IMG/VR virus record: IMGVR_UViG_3300005612_000008
Span: 1-36,522 of that record
Length of the DNA: 36,522 bases
DNA from: a virus
Taxonomy: Duplodnaviria; Caudoviricetes
Reading direction: 5' to 3' (one strand)
The notes under the pieces were generated by a model. It had not been told where the DNA came from. It worked only from the letters and a program-made list of their open reading frames with translations, and did not search any database. This document shows, piece by piece, positions 24,984-34,239 of this stretch. The stretch's first letter is position 1. The number at the start of each line of letters is the position of its first letter. The position numbers and the translations under genes were made by a program.

Positions 24984-25459
24984 GATCTATCGATTTTATT
25001 GATGATTGAGGGAAGCTTGCGCTCGGCTTCTGCCCCAGCGCGCACAAGCCAGGGATCGGCCTTGATGCCGCTGATTCTGTGGCCCTTTGAGAAGAAGAAC
25101 TTTCCTCCGGCTGCCCATCGCAGCGCCTTTTTCTCTGACGGTTTCACTATTCGCGCTTTGGTGCCCCAGTGGACATGGACGGCATATTGGGCCACCTGAA
25201 GATCATGATAGATCAAGTGCGTGGTGCCGCTTTTGACATGTTTGAGCGACCGCAACATCTGTTTAAATCCAGTGTGTGATTGCCCGGACGCGCGTGCTGC
25301 GCGTATCTGCGCCATGGAGCGGGAGTGCTTGTCAACGTCCCTGAATGCTGAATCGAAAGCAACCTGCCCAAGCTCATTCAGGATCGCGGGCTTAAGGTCT
25401 GCCCGTATGCGCCTAAACGCCTTAAATACCTCCTCTGTGCCAGTCAGCTCGATTGGCAT
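24974..25459 (-). CDS. Virion morphogenesis / HK97 gp10-like neck protein
   Basis: IELTGTEEV...TGFKQMLRSL...YAVHVHWGT...KKALRW...GIKADPWL. Confidence 0.75.
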   Translation of the reverse strand: MPIELTGTEEVFKAFRRIRADLKPAILNELGQVAFDSAFRDVDKHSRSMAQIRAARASGQSHTGFKQMLRSLKHVKSGTTHLIYHDLQVAQYAVHVHWGTKARIVKPSEKKALRWAAGGKFFFSKGHRISGIKADPWLVRAGAEAERKLPSIINKIDRSWP

Positions 25460-26751
25460 CAGACGGCCTGGTCCTGCTCGTTCAACTGCTGGTCAACCGC
25501 CGCGGCCAACTCCTCGTCCATGCCAGGGAGCAATAGATCTATCAGCCTGCGCTTCTTCTCGGTGATTGCGGCCTCGGGGAAACCGTTGGCTTGCATGCGC
25601 TCGAGCGAGTCCATTTCAGCCTCTTCGTCGGCGATTGCATAATCTCGCTCCCAGGAGACCTGAACAGCTCCTTCTGGCAGCCCGAGGACCCCGGCCATCA
25701 CGTCGAAAATCCGCCGCTCGAAATCTTCCATCTTCCCGGCATAGCTGGACAGCGAACTATTCAGCTCTTGAAATTTGATCGCCCTGGAAACCCCGCTCTG
25801 CGGAACCGCGCTATCTTGCGCAACGGTGTGTGTAATCTCGGCGATTCTGTCGCGTTTGTCCTTGACTCTCGCGGCGATTACCTCTGCCGGATCGGACTCA
25901 GGCGAAGCATACCCGGGCTCGTTGTTGCCGTAGTACGCCAACATGTTGTGCACCCCGACAGACTGAGCGACCTCGTTGATCATGTTGATGTCGCGCTCGG
26001 CAGGTATCTGGTAGTGCAGGATCGAAAATGTCTGGTTCCTGATTACTTGGTCAAGCTCTGACTCCAGATTGTACAGTCGCTTGCTGAGGCCTACTACGCT
26101 TGAGAATTCTCCGTCCAGCGGGAACTCGGACTCAGAGAATGGCACCACCGGGCACTTTCCGCCAATGACCGGCCCGCTGGAAACGAGGATATCGCCGATG
26201 TATGTGGCCCATTCTGTTTGCGACCAGCTACGCTTGACTGTTTTTGCGATCCCGTCGTGGTACTCCATCTGCTCTATCGCTACTGCAGTGATCAGGCCTA
26301 CTTCGTCGATAGAGTAGGCGGTTACGGTCGCAGGCTCGATCCGGGAGAGCCTGGGGATCGCTCCCACCTCAATCTGCTGCTGTAGCGACGCGGGCACTTC
26401 GATATCCGGCATGTCCACCAGAGCAAGGCCGTAGCCATACGGCTTAAATTCTTGCGCTGCGCTGATCATCCATGGCCCGATGCCCACGCCTGCCCCGTTG
26501 CAATTTTCCAGTACTGCCTGCATGAGCGGGTTGTCGGTTTGGCGCGACGCTGGCGCCATGGCCAGATAGCCGGCATACCTGGAGCATGCGGGCTTGAGCT
26601 GGTTATCGTACTGGGCTACACCCTGCCTATCCGCATAATTCGCCGCAGTCTCCCGCCCGAATCTGTCGAGGTAAGATCCATCAAGATAGCCGCCACGTCC
26701 ATGATAGGCGTTGTATGTTTCAAGCGCGCGGGTGCGGGATAGTGTTTCCAT
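25459..26751 (-). CDS. Portal protein (SPP1-like)
   Basis: ~430 aa; AYHGRGGY...RET...Y..R, GYGLALVDMP, CPVVPF, SGVSRAIKFQELNSSL, VSWERDY. Start revised to the ATG at 26751. Confidence 0.85.
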   Translation of the reverse strand: METLSRTRALETYNAYHGRGGYLDGSYLDRFGRETAANYADRQGVAQYDNQLKPACSRYAGYLAMAPASRQTDNPLMQAVLENCNGAGVGIGPWMISAAQEFKPYGYGLALVDMPDIEVPASLQQQIEVGAIPRLSRIEPATVTAYSIDEVGLITAVAIEQMEYHDGIAKTVKRSWSQTEWATYIGDILVSSGPVIGGKCPVVPFSESEFPLDGEFSSVVGLSKRLYNLESELDQVIRNQTFSILHYQIPAERDINMINEVAQSVGVHNMLAYYGNNEPGYASPESDPAEVIAARVKDKRDRIAEITHTVAQDSAVPQSGVSRAIKFQELNSSLSSYAGKMEDFERRIFDVMAGVLGLPEGAVQVSWERDYAIADEEAEMDSLERMQANGFPEAAITEKKRRLIDLLLPGMDEELAAAVDQQLNEQDQAV

Positions 26752-26854
26752 CTGCCAATTTTCCGACAAAATACGCGATAAACTTTCCAAAATACTCGCC
26801 AAATAGCAATTATCATTGCATTGTCACAGCTTTACTATTTTCTTGAGGAACACA

Positions 26855-27565
26855 ATGGCTTTTGATATCGAAGCTCTTAAAGACGCACTCGGGACAAACT
26901 ACGACTCGCTTAAAACCCATCTGGAAACGCTCGAGCGGGAACGGGATCAGGCGCGAGATGGCAACGGTAGGCTGCGCGGTAGCTTGCAGGCGCAGCTAGA
27001 CCAGGCGACCAAAGACCGCGACGAAGCAAAGAATTTGCTCGCGCAAACATTCGAGAAGCTCGGCATCGAAGATCAAGAGGGGCTCGACGCGCTCCCGAAC
27101 GCCAAGGGTCAGGCCGAAGCCAATACCCAGCTCGCCGCTCGCCTGAAACGGCTCGAGCGCGAGAACGGCGAATACCAATCTTCCTTGGGGCAAGCCAAAA
27201 GCCGCATCCAAACCATGGAGCGCGACGCCGTAATTTCCAGCGCCATGGGTGGCCATCACTGGGCAGACGGCGTGAAGGATATCGCCCAGGCTTATTTGCA
27301 GGCCAACATTGAGCGCGAAGGCGACACCTGGATGATGAAGGGGGCGTCCGGCCTGGTCGAGCTTAAGGCCGGCATGGCCGATTTTGTGAAGGAGCGCCCC
27401 GCGTTGGTGCAAAGTTCCGGGCAACCTGGCTCGGGATTTTCCGCAAAGAAAGGCTATCAGCGTAAGCCCCTGTCGGAAATGACCACCGGCGAAAAAACCG
27501 AATTCTATAACGAAGTTGGCGCCCAAGGCTATGAAGCAGCCAAGGCGGCAGAATCTCAACATTAA
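26855..27565 (+). CDS. Capsid scaffolding protein
   Basis: Coiled-coil body, GSG linker, C-terminal LSEMTTGEKTEFYNEVGAQGY motif; GAGGA RBS; precedes the capsid gene. Confidence 0.85.
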   Translation: MAFDIEALKDALGTNYDSLKTHLETLERERDQARDGNGRLRGSLQAQLDQATKDRDEAKNLLAQTFEKLGIEDQEGLDALPNAKGQAEANTQLAARLKRLERENGEYQSSLGQAKSRIQTMERDAVISSAMGGHHWADGVKDIAQAYLQANIEREGDTWMMKGASGLVELKAGMADFVKERPALVQSSGQPGSGFSAKKGYQRKPLSEMTTGEKTEFYNEVGAQGYEAAKAAESQH

Positions 27566-27579
27566 CAGCGAGCTAGGAA

Positions 27580-28545
27580 ATGGCCTCCACAACTCTCACT
27601 ACCGTCGCAGGGATCATTCCCTCAATCTGGGCCCCCGATATCGAACGAGCGCGCGAAAAGGCATCCGCCCTAGTTCGCTCCGGTATTTTGGCAACCCCCG
27701 CAAGTGTTCAGCAGCAGCTAGACGCCGGCGGGCAGGTAATCAACCTCCCATACACCAACCCCCTCACCGGCTCGTCTGAGGTAATCACCACCGCCGGTTC
27801 GATGACGCCTGCGGCTCAGACCGGTGATGCCTGCATCGCGCCGCGCCTGTTCCGTGGTAAAACCTTTTCCTGGGACGATATCGTTGACTGGGTGCGCCAG
27901 CCCGGCGAGTCGCTTCCTGATGCCGCTGTTCGCACTATCGGGCAATGGTGGGCTGAGGACGAGCAGGAAATTCTGATCGCCGCGCTCACCGGGTTTTTCG
28001 CCACCGCTGGCGCGACTACTCACACGTATGATGGTACGGCCGCCACCGCGACGGCGTCGGCCATCATCAATGCCGCCCAGAAGCTCGGCGACATGCGCAA
28101 CCGGGTCACCGCGCTGGTTTGTCACTCGAAAGTGGCCAAGGACCTAGAAGTTGTCGACGCCGCCGTGACTGCTCTTCGCCCAGGCGAGACCGACACCCAA
28201 CTCGGCGACGGCGACCTGTTCATGAACCGAATCCGTGTGGTCCAGGACGATCTTTGCCCGATCACCACCGGCACCCCGGATACCTATCACAGCTACCTGT
28301 TCACCGCTGGCTCCGTTGCCTACGGTCGAGCCACGATTCCGGCAGAACAGGCCGTTGAGCCTTTCAGGGCCGAACTTGCGTCACAGTCGTTACTGGCCGT
28401 GCGCGGTAACATCGTGATACAGCTGAACGGCGTGAACTATGCGGGTGCCGCGAATCCGACGAACACGACCCTGGAAACTGGCGCCAGTTGGGCCAAAAAG
28501 TGGCCTGACAAGATGATCGGCGTCATCCAGCTGAACACCCAGTAG
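27580..28545 (+). CDS. Major capsid protein (SPP1 gp13-like HK97 fold)
   Basis: IIPSIW...SALVRSGI...GGQVINLPY...RGKTF...QWW...ILIAALTGFF...CHSKV...VVQDDLCP...NPTNTTLETGASW. Confidence 0.92.
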   Translation: MASTTLTTVAGIIPSIWAPDIERAREKASALVRSGILATPASVQQQLDAGGQVINLPYTNPLTGSSEVITTAGSMTPAAQTGDACIAPRLFRGKTFSWDDIVDWVRQPGESLPDAAVRTIGQWWAEDEQEILIAALTGFFATAGATTHTYDGTAATATASAIINAAQKLGDMRNRVTALVCHSKVAKDLEVVDAAVTALRPGETDTQLGDGDLFMNRIRVVQDDLCPITTGTPDTYHSYLFTAGSVAYGRATIPAEQAVEPFRAELASQSLLAVRGNIVIQLNGVNYAGAANPTNTTLETGASWAKKWPDKMIGVIQLNTQ

Positions 28546-28552
28546 TGCTATT

Positions 28553-28576
28553 CCTCAACGCCATGGACGGCAGGGG
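28553..28576 (+). promoter_or_regulatory. CsrA/RsmA-type ANGGA-loop hairpin upstream of the tail-tube gene
   Basis: GCC-ATGGAC-GGC (28560-71) with an outer CCT/AGG stem; same core as 11499-11510. Confidence 0.5.
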
Positions 28577-28600
28577 CTTAACTCATAGAGGCATAGCGAA

Positions 28601-29539
28601 ATGAAAGATAGACGCAGATTTTTCCTGTTCAAACAGGAAGTAACCGAAGGCGTGGACCCAGGCCTAGCCGGGGCGGACGCCGTGAAAACGACTGGTGTTC
28701 AGTGCTTCCCCTATGAGGGGAACCGGGTCTCCCTGGATTACGATAAGCCGAACTTTGGCTCTAGCGCAACGGTCAACGTCAATCCGCATATGCGGGTGAC
28801 GTTTGGCCTCATGATGAGTTCCTCAGGCGCTGCCGGGACCGGCCCTCAATGGAATGAGATACTCCAGGCATGCGGATTCAATGAGACGTTGTCTGTCGGC
28901 GTTGATGCGCAATACGACGCCATTAGCGATAACATATCCTCAGGTACAGGCATATTTCTGCTCCCGCAAGCAGCCGGCGTGAATGACGAGAACCATGAAT
29001 CCAATGGGATGCGTGGGAACATGTCTTTCACCTTGGCCGCTGGCGCCTTCCCGCGATTCGACATAGAGCTGATCGGGTCCTATGTCACCCCTGTTGAAGC
29101 TGCGGCCGTGACCGCTGATTTCACCGGCTGGACCGATCCTATTCCGCCGACTATCGTAAATACGCCAACTGTGACTATTGACGGCGCGGCGTCTTGCCTT
29201 CAGTCCATTACGCACAATTGCAATAATGAGCTGAATTTCGAGAATATTCCCGGATGCACGGGCGCTCGAATCCAGGACGCGAACTTCGGCGGAACCATGG
29301 TGATCAAGGCTCCGGATTTGACGACGAAGAACTTTTTCACCTCGTTGATCCGGAGCGATGACAGCGTGAAAACTGGAGCGGTCCAAATAGTACACGGAAC
29401 CACGGCTGGATCGATAATCCAGCTGGACTATACGACTATCCATATTAGCGGCGTTCAATACACGCCAATAAATGGGGATGTCGGGTTTTCTTTCAATTTT
29501 GTCGATGTCGACAATACGCTGCTGATCACTGCCAAATAA
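28601..29539 (+). CDS. Major tail tube protein
   Basis: MKDRRRFFLFKQEVTEGVDP...ILQACGF...GMRGN...VHGTTAGSII pattern; 312 aa; GAGG RBS. Confidence 0.85.
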   Translation: MKDRRRFFLFKQEVTEGVDPGLAGADAVKTTGVQCFPYEGNRVSLDYDKPNFGSSATVNVNPHMRVTFGLMMSSSGAAGTGPQWNEILQACGFNETLSVGVDAQYDAISDNISSGTGIFLLPQAAGVNDENHESNGMRGNMSFTLAAGAFPRFDIELIGSYVTPVEAAAVTADFTGWTDPIPPTIVNTPTVTIDGAASCLQSITHNCNNELNFENIPGCTGARIQDANFGGTMVIKAPDLTTKNFFTSLIRSDDSVKTGAVQIVHGTTAGSIIQLDYTTIHISGVQYTPINGDVGFSFNFVDVDNTLLITAK

Positions 29540-29603
29540 ACAGGTTCTATCATGGGTGTACGGTGTGGGTTCAGCAGAAAATCAATCGGCGCCAACGGGG
29601 CGA

Positions 29604-29972
29604 ATGGAGCGTTGGCATGAGTACGCCCAGACGTTCATCGTCCCATTGGTCATTTCAGTTATCTTTGGCGGTTTTGGCTTCTGGCACAGTACTGGCATTA
29701 GGTTCAGTACTGTGGAGCACTCCCTCGTCGATGCTTCAAAATCCTTTGCTAGAGTCGAAATACGTCTTCGATTACTCGAGCAAAATTCCGCTAGGCACGC
29801 AGCCGATGATCGGTCAGCAGCGGATGAAGTCGAAGCTGAATTGGCAACTATTACCGCTGTGCTTTCCGAAAAGCTCCAAATGTGCGCCGAAAATATCGTC
29901 CGACTCGAGGAAAGGACAAGGCAAGCCGAAACCGCGACCAAAAACCATCCACACGTAATGTCAGGCCAGTAG
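29604..29972 (+). CDS. Single-TM coiled-coil protein (holin/antiholin candidate)
   Basis: TM segment FIVPLVISVIFGGFGFW followed by a coiled coil ending IVRLEERT. Confidence 0.55.
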   Translation: MERWHEYAQTFIVPLVISVIFGGFGFWHSTGIRFSTVEHSLVDASKSFARVEIRLRLLEQNSARHAADDRSAADEVEAELATITAVLSEKLQMCAENIVRLEERTRQAETATKNHPHVMSGQ

Positions 29973-29992
29973 GCAAAAGGCAAAAGGCATTA

Positions 29993-30433
29993 ATGGTTGT
30001 CAAGACGAATAGCGTAGTCATGGACGAATACGATCAGCTAAAGGATTCTTGCGCGGCTATAAAGTCTCGGTTCAGCGAGGTGATCACAAGAATCGATGGG
30101 CAATCATTGTCAACCGAGTTTTTGCTAAAAGTCTATTCCACGGCGGCTAGATCTCGCACAGTGATACAGGGATTGTTGGCTACGCCTGGCCTGGCTGATT
30201 ACGCGAAAGCGCTAGAAAATGATCCTAATTACGATGTAATTGCGGAGGGAAACGCCCTTATATCGGCCGTCACGGGTGTTATTGCTTGGGTGGACAACAA
30301 TTACCCGAGCAGTGGAACATACTTGCTGTCTGTTGAAATTAGCGACGGGGAAATCACTCCAAGAGTTTTAAGGGTGACGGCTTCCGCTGCTTTCTCGGCG
30401 CAGCTTGCCAGCGTTGTGGCGTTAATAGAATGA
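29993..30433 (+). CDS. Helical hypothetical protein, paralog 1 (146 aa)
   Basis: Gap-free alignment with 30831-31271. Confidence 0.8.
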   Translation: MVVKTNSVVMDEYDQLKDSCAAIKSRFSEVITRIDGQSLSTEFLLKVYSTAARSRTVIQGLLATPGLADYAKALENDPNYDVIAEGNALISAVTGVIAWVDNNYPSSGTYLLSVEISDGEITPRVLRVTASAAFSAQLASVVALIE

Positions 30434-30834
30434 AGAGACATTTTATGAGAAAAAATCATTTTTACAATATTATCATGGCGGCGGTTATTGTAATGGTAGC
30501 CACTGACTTCGTTGGAGCGGCATCCCTTGGCTGGACCAAGATCACCCCTCCGGCTGACGTTCCCGAGGTGACATATCTGGTTTACGTGGCGCCCACTGCG
30601 ACCGGGGCATTCGTTGAGTACGGCGTCGGTGACGTGGATGTATTCGACATGGGCGATGCAGCCACCTTCCCGCTAGGCGTGGAGTACGAGGCCTATGTGC
30701 GCGCTTCTTGTGTCGTTTGCGACCCGGTGCGCACGTCAACCGATAGCAATCATCTGGTGTTTACATTGAGCGCTCCGCCCCAGGTGATACACATCCTCTC
30801 TCCGCCGACTTCAGTGACATTTCAACTACCATGA
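30430..30834 (+). CDS. Exported single FN3/Ig-like domain protein
   Basis: Basic N-terminus, hydrophobic core, VGA|A cleavage-like site; SLGW...YLVYV...YEAYVRA...SN FN3 pattern. Confidence 0.7.
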   Translation: MKRHFMRKNHFYNIIMAAVIVMVATDFVGAASLGWTKITPPADVPEVTYLVYVAPTATGAFVEYGVGDVDVFDMGDAATFPLGVEYEAYVRASCVVCDPVRTSTDSNHLVFTLSAPPQVIHILSPPTSVTFQLP

Positions 30835-31271
30835 GCGTAATCACGGTTCCAGTCGTTGAGCAAGAGTATGACTCTTTCAAAGGGTCGGCCGCTATCCTCA
30901 AGGCAAGGATCAACGCTGTAATTACCAGGCTAGAAGGATCGACTGTAAGTTCAGAGCTAATGCTGAGCACTTACACAAAGCTCGGCATCGCGCGAGACGC
31001 GTTTAACGAGTACATGCTGGTACCTGGAATGGTAGCGCACGCCCAGGGCGCAGAAGATGATGTGCTTTACGATGTGGTAACGGAAACAACCGCTTTGGTC
31101 GCGGCAATCCAGGCCGCTATTGACTGGGTTGATGCAAACTTCCCGTCTTCAGCCGGCTATTTGCTTGACGCTGCGGCGGCCGACGGCGTGATTACCTACC
31201 GCACGCTCCCGACTACAGCTGCGGATGCGTTTTCGGTAAAGCTGGCGGCTGTCGTGGCCTTGGTCGCGTGA
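30831..31271 (+). CDS. Helical hypothetical protein, paralog 2 (146 aa)
   Basis: Shares EYD, VITR, PG, YDV, WVD.N.PSS..YLL, DG.IT.R and AFS..LA.VVAL with paralog 1. Confidence 0.8.
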   Translation: MSVITVPVVEQEYDSFKGSAAILKARINAVITRLEGSTVSSELMLSTYTKLGIARDAFNEYMLVPGMVAHAQGAEDDVLYDVVTETTALVAAIQAAIDWVDANFPSSAGYLLDAAAADGVITYRTLPTTAADAFSVKLAAVVALVA

Positions 31272-33397
31272 GACTGATATGGGCAATTACCGGGCTGCTG
31301 GTTTCCGCCACATGCGGAGCGCTGATTCCGCCGCAAGGGATCTATTACGACAACCCCGTATCAGCCCCAGCAGAGCCGCCTGAGCCGCCACCGACCATGC
31401 CAGCCCCGACACTCGGCACCACCATTAGTAGCGTCAGAGACAGCACCTACGCCTTTACTTCGCTGACTCACACGACTGACACAGACACCGATTTATTGGT
31501 GGTGTTCGCGGTTGGCTGGGAAGGCGGCGGGACTAGGGCGCTAGAGGCCGACCATGGTGAAAACAACTATTCCATAGATGGCGCCACATGGACCAAGTCC
31601 GGAGAATCCGGTCAGGCCATGACGACGTTGACGCCACCAACGGACGGCGGCTGGAATACGAATGGCGCGCGTGAAGCGCTAGCAATTTACTACGTGGATT
31701 CGCCGAACATTGGCGCGGGTTCGGTGAGTTTCGGGTCCGGCAACAGCCAGCCGGACGAAGGGATTCACTTCGTCGCGGTAAACGTAAAAGGCGTTGATGG
31801 TACTGTAGGATCATCTGGAATACGTGACACCGAATCCAATACGGCAAATGTTACTGGTGGATCAACTAGCGCGAGCGTAACTTCTACCGTAACCGATTTA
31901 TTGTTGGCGGTCGGCTATGTTTACAACGACACAAATATCGGGCACACCGCTGATTCGATTGAATACAATAACGGTGGTAGTACTTATAATTCCGTTTACG
32001 GCCTAGTATTTAGCAAAGCTGGTAGCGCGACATCCGAGTCCATAGAAATATCAAGCGCTGATTACCCTGGCATCTTCATTATCAGCATTGCCGGCGCGAC
32101 TTCGCAATCAGCTAGTCCGGCCGCAGGCGCCTTGCTGTCTACTGGCTCCGTATCGGGCACTAGCCGCTTGGCAGTAAGCCAAGCGGCTGGTGCGCTTGCG
32201 TATACGGCTTCAATTGCCGGCGCGGCCGATATCGCAAGTTCGGTCAGCTTCCCATCTGATCCGCTCGCGGCCACAGGGTCGATTACTGGCTCTCACCAGA
32301 TTAGCGTTAGCTTCGGTTCTTCTCCGATGGCTTACACGGCATCGATTGCCGGCGCGGCTGACGTGGCAAGCTCAGTTAGCTTCCCGGCTGACCCACTTCT
32401 GTCCACGCAATCGATTCAAGGCTTTGCCGAGCTGTCTGTGAGCCAATCTGCCGGCGCGCTATCTGCGTCCGGCATAATTTCCGGTAGCCATCAGATTGGG
32501 GTTGGCGTTGCGGCTGGCGCTCTATTGGCAGCCGCTACTGCTTCAGGCGCCCATCAGCTCAGCGTTAGCCCCACCACAACACCTCTCAGCGCTGATAGCA
32601 GTCTATCAGGCGCGCACCGATTGATAGTTGCGACTGCTGCGTCCGCGCTGTCTGCGGCTGCCTCTATCGCTGGCGCGGCCGATATTGCTGGGACCGCCAT
32701 CATTGCGGCCGATCCGCTTGTCGCCACTGGATCGATTGCCGGGCAGTCGGTGCTCGATGCCTTGATCACGGCCGGGGCCCTGCCGATAACCGCATCTTTG
32801 GCCGGCGAGGCTCAGGTCGGTGTTGCGGTTTCGGCCGGTCCGCTGGCCGCCACTGGCTCCGTTGCCGGGTCTTTCACTGTGAGCGTTGTCCAGGCAGCTG
32901 GGGCCCTGGCTGCCACGCTGTCGATTGCCGGGACACCCGATATCAGCGGCGCAGTAATTTTCCCGGCATCGCCGTTGTCCGCGGCAGCCTCTATTGCCGG
33001 CCTACCAGAAATATCCGTTGTGCTCGCGCCATCTGCGTTGGTCGCAACGGGATCGCTTTCGGCATCCAGTGAAATAAGCGCGGGGGTAGCGGCATCCGCA
33101 CTGTCTGCCGCCGCGGCGATCTTGGGCACCCCCGACGCATCCCTCGGTGTCGAGGTCTCGGCAGGCGCCCTAATTTCCACGCAGAGCGCGGCCGGAACGC
33201 ATATCGTATCGGCGTCCGTTACGGCTGATCAGCTGTCGGCTTTGGCCTCAATTCAGGGATATGCCCTTGCTGTCGGTCCGGTGGTTCTTCCGCCGTTGAT
33301 CGATCCTGTTTATGTGCTGATCGATAATCGACAGCTTTGGGTAGCCGATCCAGAGCATGAAATCGATGACGCCACACCGACTCTAACTATTGGATGA
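31268..33397 (+). CDS. Fibre/adhesin-like protein: signal-like N-terminus, Pro linker, beta head domain, Ala/Ser/Gly ~21-23-aa repeat stalk
   Basis: Recurrent AGAL.A..SI.G units; near-duplicate AYTASIAGAAD[IV]ASSVSFP[SA]DPL. Confidence 0.75.
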   Translation: MRLIWAITGLLVSATCGALIPPQGIYYDNPVSAPAEPPEPPPTMPAPTLGTTISSVRDSTYAFTSLTHTTDTDTDLLVVFAVGWEGGGTRALEADHGENNYSIDGATWTKSGESGQAMTTLTPPTDGGWNTNGAREALAIYYVDSPNIGAGSVSFGSGNSQPDEGIHFVAVNVKGVDGTVGSSGIRDTESNTANVTGGSTSASVTSTVTDLLLAVGYVYNDTNIGHTADSIEYNNGGSTYNSVYGLVFSKAGSATSESIEISSADYPGIFIISIAGATSQSASPAAGALLSTGSVSGTSRLAVSQAAGALAYTASIAGAADIASSVSFPSDPLAATGSITGSHQISVSFGSSPMAYTASIAGAADVASSVSFPADPLLSTQSIQGFAELSVSQSAGALSASGIISGSHQIGVGVAAGALLAAATASGAHQLSVSPTTTPLSADSSLSGAHRLIVATAASALSAAASIAGAADIAGTAIIAADPLVATGSIAGQSVLDALITAGALPITASLAGEAQVGVAVSAGPLAATGSVAGSFTVSVVQAAGALAATLSIAGTPDISGAVIFPASPLSAAASIAGLPEISVVLAPSALVATGSLSASSEISAGVAASALSAAAAILGTPDASLGVEVSAGALISTQSAAGTHIVSASVTADQLSALASIQGYALAVGPVVLPPLIDPVYVLIDNRQLWVADPEHEIDDATPTLTIG

Positions 33398-33804
33398 AAA
33401 TCATGTTGAACGCTTACGAGAAAGCGATTACCGATCCGACCTGCACAGAAGTAGGCCCGGGCATTATCCAGACCGGCGAGCGTGCTTTCGTGGTTGATAT
33501 CACGAAAGCCGCACCGGCTTACTTGGCCGCTGTCGGCCTGGATCGCACAGTTGGCGGGATGGAAATCGTTCGCCAGCTGATCACCCGCGACGTCAATGAC
33601 TTTGCCGGCGAAGGCGGGCAACTGCGAATCCACTACCCCAAGGTTGCAGGGTGCGAGCAATTCTCAGACAAGTTTCTCGAAACACAGGCGGACCCGGATG
33701 AGAACGTAAACGAAATGCTATTCAGCCTGGATGTCTACGCCAAAAAATTGCAGTCGGCCCGCGTCAAACGCGCAATGGCCGCATCCCAGAGAATCGAGGT
33801 CTAA
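33394..33804 (+). CDS. Hypothetical protein in the fibre cassette
   Basis: ATGA overlap with the previous gene. Confidence 0.7.
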   Translation: MKIMLNAYEKAITDPTCTEVGPGIIQTGERAFVVDITKAAPAYLAAVGLDRTVGGMEIVRQLITRDVNDFAGEGGQLRIHYPKVAGCEQFSDKFLETQADPDENVNEMLFSLDVYAKKLQSARVKRAMAASQRIEV

Positions 33805-33807
33805 CTC

Positions 33808-34239
33808 ATGGCCACACAATGCTCTAACCACTACCTTTTCCAGCTGCATTCCGGCCTGATTGACTGGGATACCGATGCTGCCTCAGCCAGGCTTATGGCG
33901 ACAACCTTTACCTACAACCAGGACACAGACGCTACATGGACGAATATCTCGGCCTCAGAGCACGCCAACGCCAACGGCTACACCACTGGCGGCGACCTCT
34001 GGGACGGCGCGGTAACGGTCTCTGAGGATGACACCAACAACCGCTCCGACGTTACCAAAGCCAATGACCCGACCTGGACCGCGTCCGGTGGCAGTATCGT
34101 GTCCCCCGGGGCCGCGCTGGTAAACACCACCACGGTCGACGATACCGTTTGCGGCTATATCGACTTCGGTGGTGACCAAACGGCAACCAGTGGTGGCACA
34201 TTTACGATTACCGGTATCACTTTGCGGCTAGCCAACTGA
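33808..34239 (+). CDS. Virion fibre/whisker structural subunit
   Basis: IDWDTD...GYTTGG...DPTWTASGGSI...YIDFGGDQTATSGGTFTI, a motif set common in phage fibre modules. Confidence 0.7.
   Translation: MATQCSNHYLFQLHSGLIDWDTDAASARLMATTFTYNQDTDATWTNISASEHANANGYTTGGDLWDGAVTVSEDDTNNRSDVTKANDPTWTASGGSIVSPGAALVNTTTVDDTVCGYIDFGGDQTATSGGTFTITGITLRLAN

Noticed and set aside
26802-26820. Fur box
   Set aside because: About 12/19 match by eye in AT-rich promoter DNA; too weak without other support.
24196-26854. Invertase-controlled flippable segment
   Set aside because: I saw no flanking inverted repeats or invertase, and flipping would not restore the canonical gene order.
29563-29958. Overlapping 131-aa alternative-frame ORF (embedded spanin?)
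   Set aside because: No lipobox or signal peptide; the 29604 frame has the coherent TM plus coiled-coil pattern.
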